64,000 nt of DNA, taken from contig NC_069372.1 of assembly GCF_021730395.1 (NCBI RefSeq), forward strand, positions 64,284,221 through 64,348,220. Reading direction: 5' to 3'. The notes below the pieces were generated by a model that was not told the origin of the DNA, searched no databases, and saw only the letters and a program-made list of their open reading frames with translations. Of the stretch, positions 13,574 through 25,621 are shown piece by piece. The position numbers and the translations under genes are program-made. This DNA comes from Mercenaria mercenaria. Lineage: Eukaryota. The number at the start of each line of letters is the position of its first letter. Positions within the stretch are counted from its first letter, which is position 1.

Positions 13574-15145
13574 AATTTAAACATCTGTACACAGTCATTA
13601 AATACATTAGAATTATAAGACAATTTTGTATTCTACACTATAACTACCTCTCACATGTACATGTAATTACAGTGTTAAAACCAAGATGGTGTAAAAGGTG
13701 CTAATCGTTAATTAAAAACTGATATATCTTACGACCTAAAATTACATTAAAGCTCAATAAAAACAAGAGCTGTCCGTAAGACAGCAAAGACAGTACGCTC
13801 GACTTTTCTCAGCTAGAGCTGGGCTGAATTCTATCAAATATCGAAAGAAGCAATAAAACATATCAGGCGAAGGTATGAGGCTTGTGTCAGTGTTTGCGCA
13901 TATATCAGTAAACTGTATTTTTGGTAGATTTGTATTTCCGTATCGGAAATACAGGACCGTAGCCAGATTGATTTTTCTGGTCTTAAACACCACATTCCTC
14001 CACCTCCTCCCCTTCATAAAAACTGTTATAAATCATTTGCAGATTCATTCATAAAACTTAACACGCAGTGTATAGGTGGAATAGCCAAAACACGAAGCGC
14101 GTGCAGCACAGTTCAAGGGTGGTTTATTGATGAATATTAAACCCGAGATAGATTTTTCTCTACATGTATGTAGGTTTTTCGCTGGTCGTGTTAGAATTTC
14201 ATTTATTTTGAAGAATATGAAGCGCGAAATTCTTGTTGAAGCAGACGATAGGTAGAACATGGGGTATTGTGATCAATTGATGAAACTCCATTTATGCTGT
14301 AATCATTAATTGGTATGGATTTAAATGTTCTTTTCAACCTTATGAAGTTTTATTTTAATTTCACCCTTCAAACAATTTGTTAAAGCGCATTTTTCTCTTA
14401 CCTCTGGATATCCAGTCTTTGTAGCAACATCCTTGCCATTGTATGAAAGAAGAACTTTTTTTTATAGAAAACCTTTTTCAGCATGAGAGCAACATTATAC
14501 GGAACTTTGATTTTAGGAACATTTTTACATTTAATTTTACTCGTATAAGATAAATCAGCAGCTCCATCAAGAAGAATAATATAGACATACATCTCCCAAA
14601 AAGTAAGTCCTGTGTTGCATCCGAGACCTCCTTCGCAAGAGCGACACATTACAAACCATAAATCGGTATTAGTACCCGGGGTAGATTGCGGAGTGAAAGA
14701 GAAATTTGTCTCTTTAATATAAAAACAGGGCAACAAAGTGTGTTTTTTTTTTTTTACATATCATATATCCTGTTTTTTGGGGAGCCCCACAAACCCTCAT
14801 ATATGGAGGAGGGTGGGACACAACCTTCCAAATTAATGCCCGTCGGGGCTTTGACTTTACCATTCAAATTTACCTAATAACCACGAACAAACACACATAC
14901 TCGTTTGCCTCGGTAAAATTTAGTCTCTCGCTACGGCCATGTATAGTGTAATTATTCGTGATATTAAAAAAAAATAGCGGAAAATAGTGCCTAAGTTCGG
15001 TTTTGCCTTTTAAGATGGTGACTCAAAACATATCCTTTTTTCTCATAATTTTGGCAGAAAAACAGGGAGGCACAGGCCTCCCTGTGCCTCAGTGTAGCTA
15101 CGGGCCTGACAATATCCCTAAATCCATATGATCAAAAGCATTAAT

Positions 15146-16105
15146 CACGGGTGGTAAACGCGCAATCCTATTCCCATTGGGAATACGCTTAAAATGGGTT
15201 GCGCGACTTCCGGTGCTGGTGTTGCGCATCAATATATACAAAATCGAGGTAGGTGGGTTTTTGTTTTTGTAAATAATGACACATTTACGAGTGTTTTCGA
15301 AAAAAGCAAAATGCTATTCGACACAAAAATGAATAAAGATCATATGTTTGAAATGCGAAATTATTAATTTAAGAATCAGCCCTGATATGAAAACTGCTGG
15401 CTCGGTCTGTCAGAAAAGTTTGGAATCATAAAAATGCAAATTTTCTAACTCTTGTGCCTTCTTTCTGGAAATGTGACGCTTCTAATGATCAAACACGTGT
15501 ATAACAGTCATGAATATTACACACACTTGAACGAAATGTTGCTTTAGGGGGAGATGGCAAAAAAAAAACAATCGGGAATGGGGTTGCGCCCTGGGAATGG
15601 AGTTGCGCGTATACATTATATACATTATGATGTACACGAGCAACTCCATTCCCGGTGCGCAACCCCATTCCCGATGATTTTTTGTCAATTATGTCCCTGT
15701 AAGCAGGATTTGAAGCAAATAATTTTGATATTCGTTACTATATAACAGTTGAGTTATCATAAAAAGCATCAGATGTCCTCAGATTAGGTATATGAGGTCA
15801 GAAACTTCCATTTTTGTTGATTTCATGCTTTTTTCACACTTCGTGCCGCCAGAGTTTTTGTGATAATAGAGCCGAATCATTAATTACAAACCAGATATTT
15901 TATATATACGATGTATCATCATATTTGTGTCGAATAGCATTTTCCTTTTTTCGAGAAAAAATATTCTTGTCTCATACGAAGCAAAATCATGACTTCACAT
16001 ATCTCAATTTCGTCTATTTTTACGCGCAACACCAGCACCGGAAGTCGCGCAACCCATTTTAAGCGTATTCCCGGCGGGAATTGGGTTGCGCGTTTACCAC
16101 CCGTG
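15146..16105. mobile_element. 960-bp long-TIR non-autonomous element, copy 1: termini CACGGGTGGTAAACGCGCAA.., about 85-bp TIRs, nested internal inverted repeats and a central palindrome; perfect 5-bp TSD TTAAT (Transib-like)
   Basis: TSD TTAAT at 15141-15145 and 16106-16110. Left TIR cacgggtggtaaacgcgcaatcc..gcgcgacttccggtgctggtgttgcgc, and the right end is its reverse complement. Central palindrome 15575-15680. Confidence 0.6.
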
Positions 16106-16616
16106 TTAATGTAACGGTACATTGGCGAAAAAGGGTTAGACATCGGCCTGAAATACGGAGTAGGCCGAAAACTAGCGAACAGTCTCGACAGCCGATTTAC
16201 CTGGCCAAACGTATTATCGGCTTTTGTGGTGATTTTCACGATGGGTCTAATTTTCCCATTTTTTGTGGAAAATTTAAGTAAAAAGAAAACTCGTTTTTTT
16301 TTGCTCTCATTTTATTAAGCAAAAACAAAGAACAATTCCGATTAAATCATCGTCTGGAGTTTCAATTCATGTATAATTTTTGGGTTTACGTTAAAAAATA
16401 TTGCCGGTACAATAATTTCATGGCAGATTTTGTCCCCGTTTATCTGACGTCAAAAGTGCGCGAAGTGGTCATGTTTGCGACGTCATGGAAACGTCATTGA
16501 TGCATTAAGTTTCGCGAGGACCTGAGAAACAAAAATCAAACAGATACCAATAACAGTCAGAAAGAAAAGTTGTTTGACATGAAATTGAACAGCAGTAAAC
16601 ATGTATTTTACTTTAC

Positions 16617-17190
16617 GAAACAAGTGTCATTTACGATTAAACATTGAATTCCGGAAAAGGGTGCCAAAAGGGTCCACTTCCGGAAGTTATACGCCTTAAA
16701 AACTCACCATTTTCAAAGAACAGTTACACTGTTCGTTTTGATGCATTTGCAATAGCTTGCGAGTGGTGAAAATTTCGCATAACAAGTTGGAACACAGTTT
16801 TCCAGAATTGTTATCTTTTTTCTTTACGAAGGACATTCATTTTCAAAGGGAGACAACTGTCATTATTTTAATACAAGTGGCATTCATTTTCAAAGGAAAC
16901 AACTTTTTCCGATTATTTAAAGTAATCTTTGAGAAAAAGTTGTCTCCCTTTGAAAATGAATGCCAATTGTAAAAAAAAAGGATAAACAATTGCTTAAACG
17001 ACTATGTTCACCTTGTAACTGAAATTTCACCACTCGCACGCTATGCAAATGCATCAAAACAAACATGTTAAAAGTTCTTTGAAAATGATGAGTTTTTAAA
17101 TGCGTTTAAACTGTCCGGAAGTGGAACCCCTTTAGGCAAACCCTTTTCCGGAATTCAATGTTTATATCGGTATATTGACACTTGTTGTAA
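16617..17190. mobile_element. Foldback element with roughly 170-bp inverted arms (16617-16790 / 17020-17190) and a second internal palindrome (16830-16970)
   Basis: Left arm acaagtgtcatttacgattaaacattgaattccggaaaagggtgccaaaagggtccacttccggaag.. and its reverse complement on the right. Central arms ..cattttcaaagggagacaactg.. / ..caactttttctcaaagattac.. and cagttgtctccctttgaaaatg. Confidence 0.45.
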
Positions 17191-18959
17191 AAGTAATATA
17201 CAGTTTTACATGCTGTTCAAATTTTCAGTACAAACAACTCTTTCTTTCTAGATTGGTGTTGTTTGATTTTTTGTTCTCAAGGGCTCCATCGAAACCTTAA
17301 ACTAAAAATATACACAGATCTAAATCAGAAATATCTTCCAGTTTTTGTTGGTACCAGTCAATAACGCGGGCTCTGAAAAAAAGTTATAGTGTGGTTCCTC
17401 CTTAAGGTTTTTGTCTGTTTATATTATTCAAACGCAGTTACCGAGATTTCTTTTCTCATTTTGTTTTACAAACGCAATGACACTGCAATTTATTTTCATT
17501 TACCAAGTAATGAGATCCAAGCAACTAAACAGGCAAAAAGACTTACCTTGCGGTATTCATTTCGCTATTTACATTTAAAAGTAGTTTCATCGGACCATTT
17601 TTTTTTTACAAAAGTATTGTAGAGATACTGTTTTGCATTTAATAGTGCAAATGTATTTGATAACATAATATTGTCATTTTGATAAAGGAAACATTTTTTG
17701 ATTGTTACTTGATTCAGTATTATATCCGAGAACTCTTTTGAAGATTACTAAAATTTCTTTGCTAACGTGTCTGAATCATGAAAGGCTATCAAATTATGTT
17801 AACATCATCCACTTTTTGTTATGGCAAAACTTTTGTTGATAAAAACAAGTATGGTATCATCTACATTTGAGCACGGTGAATAGAAGTGCGCGTCTACTAT
17901 ATAAATTATTATTTTAATGACAATTGTGAAATATTTACTAAGCTGTAGTGTAGGACGAGGAGAACCAAAATCTGCATTAAGCAAACTTAAAATCTATATT
18001 CAAGTACATTTATTTCGACCGTATCCCAGAGTTACAGATACGCATATGCAACAGAAATGTTTACCAATCACTGATCTAGCTAATGAATTACATTTAAAAG
18101 TGGAGCATCTTAATTAAACGACTGAAACGTCGAGATGATATTTCTTCAAACATGTCCTCGTAAGTAGGTGTCCGAAATAGATGCACTCTAAATAATTTAC
18201 GCAACGATTTGTAACAGTTTTTATTGAGGGTAGGTGGGGGTATGTCGTGTTGAAAGTAAAAAAAAAATAATAGCCTATAGCTACGGTCCTGTATTTTCTT
18301 AGGAAATTTACAAACCTACAAGAATACAGTTTACTAATATAGGCGCAAACATTGGCACTAGCCTCATAACATCACCTGATCTGTTTCATTGCTTCTTTAG
18401 ACAAGATATACAAACCACTGTTGGTGTCATCTACCTACCTACCTGTATATCTACTTAGGTGTAATAATGTAATAGTGTAATGTCATGTTCCGTTTTTTTC
18501 CTGATTTAGAAGATTCGGAATGAACACAAATTAAAGCTATTGCTATTTGTACTCTAAATGTTACATAGATTCGGAATGAACACAAATTAAAGCTATTGCT
18601 ATTTGTACTCTAAATGTTACATAGACCTTGGACCAGATAGCTTAGTCGAAAAGACGATATGGAGCAGACGTGATGTCAAGACCTTTGACTTCAAGTTTGA
18701 CCTTGACCTTGGACCTAGTGATACAGTTTGTGAACTTTGCATATCATCTTCAGGAGTGAAATAATTTATGCTTTTCATGAAAGCCTTCCCAGTGGTTTAG
18801 AAGATATGAAATAAACACAAATTTGTGAACTGCAAGAGTGCGACAGTGACTGGACCTAGTGGCTGTGTTGTGTTCTCTGCACATCCTCTTAGTGAGGTTT
18901 TCAACTGATGCTAGTTGTAGGAAATTCTTCCAAGCAATTTAGATAACAAGTTAACTTTG

Positions 18960-20839
18960 CAGGGCGTCAAGTGCTTTTGGGAGTCAAAAATATAGGTAGG
19001 ATCCTGAAATATAGGTATTTGGGGGCCAGAAATATAGGATTATATAGGTTGCTTATAATGAAGAAAACAAGTCAGACAAGTGTTTTATCCTCCTCCACCA
19101 CCTACCAGCACTCTCTTGTATTAAACATAAAATCTACTTTTATGATTTTAAACAAATAACATTTTAACATATATCTTACTTTCATAATAAACTATTAATT
19201 CACCAACAGACAAAACTTTACCAATACTGGTACTCAAATCAGTTTAACAGGGAATTAGGCAAACCAAGCCATATTGCTAACAACATATATCAGTACATTG
19301 TTAATACAAGTATAAAATATTGTGTTGGGCCTGCATTTGTACATGAATGAAAAAGAAAACAATTATAATCAAACCATCCTCAGAACAAAATTACAACAGT
19401 TTCATACTTATGAATACCATGATCTCTGTAAACATGATAACACATGGAGTCCCTTGACCCAGGGTCCTATAATATTGTTACATTAGACCTTCTTGGATTT
19501 CTTGGCATCTGTTTCTTTATCTTCATTCTTTCTCTTGGATGAATGCTTTTCTGATGAAGGACTTGACTTGGAAGAAGAGGCAGCTTGCTTGTCTGGTTCA
19601 GATTTTGAAGTTCTTGTTGAAGCAGTGGCAGAGCTTTTGGAACTTGATATGGCTGATTCTTGTTTCTTTCCTTTGCTTGATGATTTAGAACTGCACTTAT
19701 CTAGTCTGTTAACCAGTAACTGTCTCTTTTGCTGCTCAACTTCCCTTTGGTTTTCATGTACCCTGTCCATTTCCTTTCATATACCCTCTATCTTTGATGT
19801 GGCTGTTGCTATCATCATTTGTGCTACAGAAGCACCTTTCATGTCACTACTTTCAACAGCTTTAGAAAACGTTTTGTTCCCATCTTTTAACAGTTCCTCT
19901 GCTACAGTCAACCTTGTCTGAATCTCCATTTCTTTTTTAAGCAGTGCTTTTTCTTTTTCAAGCATGGAGGAGGTCTTATTCTTCTCTTCTGTTGCAAGTT
20001 CTTCCAGTCTTTTCTTTTTAAGCCTTTCTTTCTCTCTCTCCTGTTTCTTTTTCTCTCTTTCTTCTTTTTCTGTCTCAATCCTCTGTTTATACTTGTTATG
20101 GGCCATTTTTGCTGCCAAAAGTATTTCACTGTTTAATGGTAATTTGTGAGGTTGCTCATCTATAGGATCACTGAACTTAACTATGTCCTTCACAGTTCTG
20201 ATGGCAGTAACAGTTTTCTCACCCAAGGCAACTCTGTCCTTAGTCACTACACTAGTGTTCACTGACAAACTTCTCTCAACCTCTGAATTTCCATGTGGTA
20301 ATACCAGAGCTTTCTTGACAAGTTGACGTAAAAATCTGTACTTGAGCTGCCCACTATCAAGCTTCTTCACAAACACTTGTCTCCAATAACGGTCAATTCT
20401 ATCTTCTTCTTTCAAATCATCTTCTGTTTGATATACCTTCCATTCATCCACAATATTAACAGTCATATTTTCATCAAAATGCATTTCCTATTCACATTTT
20501 CATACATGAAAGCTTTAAGAAATGGAAAATATTCCAACTGAAAAAAGAACTTCCATTACTTAAAGCTTTCCTAAAGCTGGGCTCGGCAGGGTCGCTACAC
20601 CTGAAAGGAATACAAATTTCAATGCCTAAAAGGTAAAAGCATATTTATAAACTCAATTATCATAGAATTACTTCTTTTTTAATGGTTTGAATGACCTTTG
20701 TATTCCTTGCTTACCACAAAATTTCCAGATTATAGGTATTTATAGGTATTTTGGCAAAATATAGGATTTTATAGGTTATTATAGGTAGAGGGCTAAAATA
20801 TAGGAAAATATAGGTAAATATAGGTAACTTGACGCCCTG
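18960..20839 (-). mobile_element. hAT-like DNA transposon (about 1.9 kb): 13-bp TIR CAGGGCGTCAAGT / ACTTGACGCCCTG, subterminal TATAGG(T) repeat clusters, flanked by direct repeat ACTTTG
   Basis: The TIRs were read directly at 18960-18972 and 20827-20839. ACTTTG sits immediately outside both termini (18954-18959 and 20840-20845). An Ac-type CAGGG terminus is typical of hAT elements. The internal ORF carries a hAT C-terminal dimerisation-like domain. Confidence 0.6.
19483..20484 (-). pseudogene. Transposase-derived ORF with a hAT C-terminal dimerisation-like region (..IDRYWRQVF..LVLPHGNSEVERSLSVNTSVVTKDRVALGEKTVTAIRTVKDIV..), K/E-rich coiled-coil tail and S/K-rich tail; interrupted by one in-frame TGA at 19777-19779
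   Basis: ORFs 19777-20484 and 19483-19770 are in the same frame, separated only by TGA plus two codons. The pattern resembles Pfam Dimer_Tnp_hAT (ER.FS....T..R..L). The N-terminal catalytic part is absent. Confidence 0.5.
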
Positions 20840-22429
20840 ACTTTGACCTCCAGAGTAACATTTACCTTGGACTTAGTAACCTGGGTTGTTTGCTCTACAC
20901 GTCATCATGATGTGGTTTATAACAGCTAATGCTAGTTTTATGAACTTTAAAAGATATGGAGCAGACACAATGGACAGAAGAACATGTCCAACTCCAATAT
21001 TCACCCACATGCCCTTTGTACCTGTGGTATATAAATAAGAAACCTACAATCATGTACACTCTTAATACTCAACATTACAGGACAAACCAGTGTTGATTTT
21101 TGACCTGCACTGGTAACTTCGAAAAAGTATTCTGAACAGATCTACTTTTAAGAATCCATAATGATTATCAAAAGTATCTTCATATAATTTTTAGTTACAT
21201 TCCATAAAATAAGTACATGTAAAAGTTTGTTATTTCAAGATGGCTATATATTTCTCATCCTATTCCAGTTCTAAATATTATACAGACAACCTTTTAGCAT
21301 CTTGAAAATATCTTATTTTAGTCAAAATTGCAATTTCTCCAATATGGCGATCCACCACAACCTCTTTACTTTTGATGATTAACTAAGCTTAAATAAAAAA
21401 ATAAAACAGCTACACGACGACAACAAAACAACATTATTTGGCAGATATTTATTTATAAATATTTATAACAATAGATGAAAGGAAAAACAAACAAGAAAAG
21501 TATGTTTCAAATAGTGATTACTTATCACAGTGTATATAAATTGTTTTAGAAAATAAGTGAAGAAAAAATATTAGCACAAATTATTCACCATACTGCATCT
21601 AGAGTATAGCAATAGAAAAGAAAAAAGAACAAAGCATAAACAGTAAGGTAGCAACTACTGCAAACCATAAACCAGGAGGGAGAACAGTGTCTTCAACCAC
21701 CTTTCTCCTAAACACACAGAAAAATGTAACAATGTCAACTGTGCACACAAAGTATGGTGTAAGATAACAAAAACAGCTAGTCATTTCTAAACTTTCAGGC
21801 AAAGTTTATCACACGACTCACTATTAAAAAAAAATAAACCAATGCAATGTAAGCATCCTTATGGTAAACTTTTCCATCACATTGACAATTATATATCTGT
21901 TCGTTAACACAAGTTTATAAAAATAATTACTTTATGCAACATGTTTGCAATTATCATGATTTTAATGAAAGTTATAATTAAGCTGAAGAAAGTGTATAAA
22001 CAATAAATGGACACATTTTTCATCAGCAGTTGATTGGGCATTTCAATTTATTACTATTATAAACATACATGTATTAAGGAAAATAAAAATCTTTTCCATA
22101 TCTAATAATGAAAATATAAAGAAAAAAGTGGTCAGGAATGCTACTTTGTACATTTTTATGAAAATGAAAATCTCTTGCTAAAAACTTATAAAACAATGCC
22201 AAAGAACAAAATATATATATAAAACTTGTGTACTTCTATCACAGAAAAGTTTCAAAGATTAAATGTAAATGTGTTGCAACCACATTATGTCATACAGCAA
22301 GGTACAACATCAAAGTCGAAATACAACATACATACGTTTTGATATGAAACAATGAGGTACATGTTTACATTTCAAAATACTAGTTAAGGCTGGATAAATT
22401 TACATCCATTAACAAATAGTGTACACCTG

Positions 22430-22578
22430 TTTATTACAAATGACAAATTAATATAGTACATTTAACATATAGTAATCTATCAATGTGACAGACTGTTCTA
22501 CCAAAACCATATTGTGTCAGTTTCACCAAATAACCTGTTCAATTCCACAAATATTTTGAAACATTTTCACTGTTTATT
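22430..22578 (-). terminator. MVP: Candidate MVP polyadenylation signals (AATAAA on the minus strand)
   Basis: Plus-strand tttatt at 22573-22578 and 22430-22435, downstream of the stop codon at 22648. Confidence 0.35.
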
Positions 22579-22647
22579 TACATATTTATGGCATAAAATC
22601 TTTAAATTTTACCATAAAATGTTAACAGCCTGTTGACATGATTGTTT

Positions 22648-23028
22648 TTAGTCATCATCTTCATCATCATCATCTCTGCGTGCACGTTTTGACGGAACAA
22701 CCATTCCACCTCCTATGCCTCCAATCAAGCCTTGGGCTGTGCTGAACAAGTTTATAGGACTTGATCCATCGGTGATGACGGTTGATTTCATACCAAGAGC
22801 CTGCAGCATACGAACCTGAAGATCAGGGCCTGCGGTTGCGATGGCCTGGAGAGTACTTGCGCCAATAGCATCCACCATTTGTTTGAACTTAATGGTCTCA
22901 ATCTCAGAAGTTTCACGCGATTTGGCAAGTTCCATCTCGTTCTGCTCCTTGACAAATTTAAGCTCCGCCTCTCGAGCACTGGTCAACCTCTCAAGTTCAG
23001 ACTCCGCCTCAATCTTCATGGCTTGTGC
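22648..23028 (-). CDS. MVP: MVP exon 13, terminal ([15 protein letters not shown]...[31 protein letters not shown]), stop TAA at 22650-22648
   Basis: ORF 22648-23019 (minus). Acceptor ttttgtag at 23030-23029. Matches the human C-terminus [47 protein letters not shown]. Antisense AATAAA signals (plus-strand tttatt) at 22573-22578 and 22430-22435. Confidence 0.85.
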   Translation of the reverse strand, partial: AQAMKIEAESELERLTSAREAELKFVKEQNEMELAKSRETSEIETIKFKQMVDAIGASTLQAIATAGPDLQVRMLQALGMKSTVITDGSSPINLFSTAQGLIGGIGGGMVVPSKRARRDDDDEDDD

Positions 23029-23410
23029 CTACAAAATAATAACCATGAAAATAAAAATATCAAACCAGGACCTACAATTTTCATAAAGATTTTCTAGAAA
23101 GGTTTTTTTTGTGAACACTAAAATTCAAACTTTTGCAAAATATAATATCTCACTGATGTATTTGACTTTTGAAGTCTGTTATCTCCAAGTTCAAAAATAG
23201 TTCTCCAAAACGTTGAGCTACCGAGTTATGTCTGTATAACAATTACAAATGTTACCAGGAAAGTTTGATTTATTTAACGACACAAGAAATTACTTTAACT
23301 CTACAATTCTTTCTTCTTAACTTTACTCTTCACTAACAACAAAACTACAACTAAACTGCTAGTAATAAAACCTTCAGCTCGTTTCAGTCAGTTTGAAGTG
23401 TGCTGCCTAC

Positions 23411-23630
23411 CTTCAATTTAGCCTGCTCAACGGCTGCCTCTCCCTCAATCCTCGAGGCCTCGGCACGAGACTGAGCCTCTGCCTTCGCTTGACCAGTGGA
23501 CTCTACAGCTGCACTGTGTGCCTGTAACTCCAGCAGGTCCTTACGAGCCTTCTCAGCTTCAGCCTCGTCACTGATTTTCTGACGTTCAAGACGTCCCTTA
23601 GCCTCCTGTTCTAGACGTTCAGCTTCATGT
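23411..23630 (-). CDS. MVP: MVP exon 12 ([73 protein letters not shown])
   Basis: ORF 23384-23707 (minus). Acceptor cacag at 23632-23631, donor GTAGGC at 23410. Matches the human cap-helix region [73 protein letters not shown]. Confidence 0.85.
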
Positions 23631-23989
23631 CTGTGTGAGAAATATTCAAAGGTTAATTGTAAATCTCCAACAGCATATGGATATAAATAGAGTTGAAATA
23701 ACAACAATGCAACACAATTATATCTTTAAAATGACACACTAATGTTGCATGAGACTCACCATAAACACTGACAAATAATTAAGCATGTCTACACTTTTGT
23801 GGTTGCCTCGTTCCACAAAATTAATTACCAACAAATAAAATTCCCATTCATTTTATCTACAAAACTTGAAATTCAATCACTTATATCCTACAAAAAAAAA
23901 TGTTTTAAGCGAAATAATGAAATTTCATGTCCACACAATTAGAAGATTTCACAGTAACCTTTAACAAACTAGAATGTGTCTGTAGGACA

Positions 23990-25213
23990 CAGGGTGTGCC
24001 CCCCCCCCCCCACTGGTACATTTGTCACAAATAAGGGGCAATAATTCAAATGTTTGCAGTCTCAGTTTGAGGGTATAGCCTCAACAAACACTTTATGAAA
24101 AGGAGAAAAGGATTCATTATTCTAGGCCATATACTTTTTGAGCTATGAGCAAAACAAACAAAAAATCCACTATTTTGGCTATTTCAAGGGCCATAACTCT
24201 GTAATAAAAGCTAAGATTCTCAAGAAGAATGGTAAGTGTGCAAAGTCACATCACGATAAAGACTCCAGCAAGGTTTCCTGAATTTACATCTAATACTTTT
24301 TGAGCTAGGCAAATAATTAGGTAAAAAAGTGCATAATTAGGTGAAAATGTGCATTTTTTTGCTATTTCAGGGGCGATAACTTTAAAAATAGGGGGTGGAG
24401 CCAGCCAAAAAATTAGAGGAGTGCAAGTTTATATCATGATTAAGATTTATGCAAGTTTTCAACTATTTATACTAAATACTTTTTGAGCTAGGTGCGTCAC
24501 AAGGTGAAAATGTACATTTTTGACTATTTCAGGGGCCATAACTCTAAAAATAGGGGGTGGACCCAAATGAAAAATAGGAGGTGTGCAAGTTCATATCATG
24601 ATTAAGACTAATGCAAGGTTTCATGAATTTATATCAAATACTTTATGAGCTAGGCATATCACAAGGTGAAAATGTGCATTTTTGACTATTTCAGGGGCAA
24701 TAACTCTGAAAATAGGGGGCGGAGTCAGATGAAAAATAGAAGGTGCGCACGTTCATATCATGATTAAGACTCTTGCAAGGTTTCATGAATCTATATCAAA
24801 TACTTCTTGAGCTAGGCGTGTCACAAGGTAAAAATGTGCATTTTTGACTATTTCAGGGGCCATAACTCTGAAAATAGGGGGCAGAGCCAGATGAAAACTA
24901 GGAGGTGCGCAAGTTCACATCATGATTAAGATTCATGCAGGTTTCATGAATCTATATCAAATACTTTTTGAGCTAGTGTGTCACAAGGTAAAAATGTCAT
25001 TTTTGACTATTTCAGGGTCATAACTCTGAAAATAGGGGCGGAGCCAGACGAAAAATAGAGGTGCGCAAGTTCATATCATGATAAAGACTCATGCAAGGTT
25101 TCATCAATTTATATCAAATATTTTTCGAGCTAGGCGCGTCACGAACTTCGGACGGACGCACAGACAAGACCAAATCTATATGCCCCCACCACTCATGGGG
25201 GGGGGGGCACAAA
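23990..25213 (+). mobile_element. Helentron-like element with about 6 copies of a roughly 160-bp tandem unit, bounded by poly-C (24001-24012) and poly-G (25196-25206) runs; (GGAC)-type tract and TATGCCCCC..GGGGGGCAC hairpin at the 3' end
   Basis: Tandem units are recognisable by ..tttttgagctagg..gtgaaaatgtgcatttttgactatttcaggggccataactct.. at about 24300, 24478, 24636, 24797, 24962 and 25120. Lies in the MVP intron between exons 11 and 12. Confidence 0.5.
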
Positions 25214-25317
25214 AATGGTTTGTAACTGTATGAACTTTACTAAAGCAAGATTGATTAAACCAAGTACTAATGTTACTTAAGATGCCAAATTAAGCAGATG
25301 AAAGATTGACAAATCTG

Positions 25318-25583
25318 TTTGTTTTGGGTTTAACGCCATTTTTCAATTGTATTTTAGTTATGTTAACCTAACAAGTGTTCCTGGATTCTGTACCAGTACA
25401 AACCTGTTCTCCACAAGTAACTGCCAACTTCCCCACATAAATCAGAGGTGGAAGATGAATGATTTCGGACACATTATCTTCTATCAAATTGTCATGGAGA
25501 ACATACGCCTCGCCCGGGGATTGAACTCACGACCCCGCGATCCGTAGATCTGCGCTCTCCCTACTGAGCTCAGTGGGCGGGCC
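25318..25583 (-). mobile_element. tRNA-derived SINE copy (about 266 bp) with TSD AATCTG
   Basis: The minus-strand 5' head is GGCCCGCCCACTGAGCTCAGTAGGGAGAGCGCAGATCTACGGATCGCGGGGTCGTGAGTTCAATCCCC, carrying tRNA A- and B-box-like motifs. The 3' tail is ..CGTTAAACCCAAAACAAA. AATCTG flanks at 25312-25317 and 25584-25589. It lies in the MVP intron between exons 11 and 12. Confidence 0.6.
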
Positions 25584-25621
25584 AATCTGGGTTTCTGCCA
25601 TGATCCAATTGAACTGTATAC

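Noticed and set aside
18510-18623. 57-bp direct duplication (gaagattcggaatgaacacaaattaaagctattgctatttgtactctaaatgttacata x2)
   Set aside because: It is a real but simple local tandem duplication with no further structure, so it is noted here only.
19493-19921. 142-aa plus-strand ORF (S/L/F-rich), and 19908-20129 minus K-rich ORF
   Set aside because: Antisense or out-of-frame readings of the low-complexity K/E- and S-rich tail of the hAT-like ORF. The composition is biased and there is no independent support.
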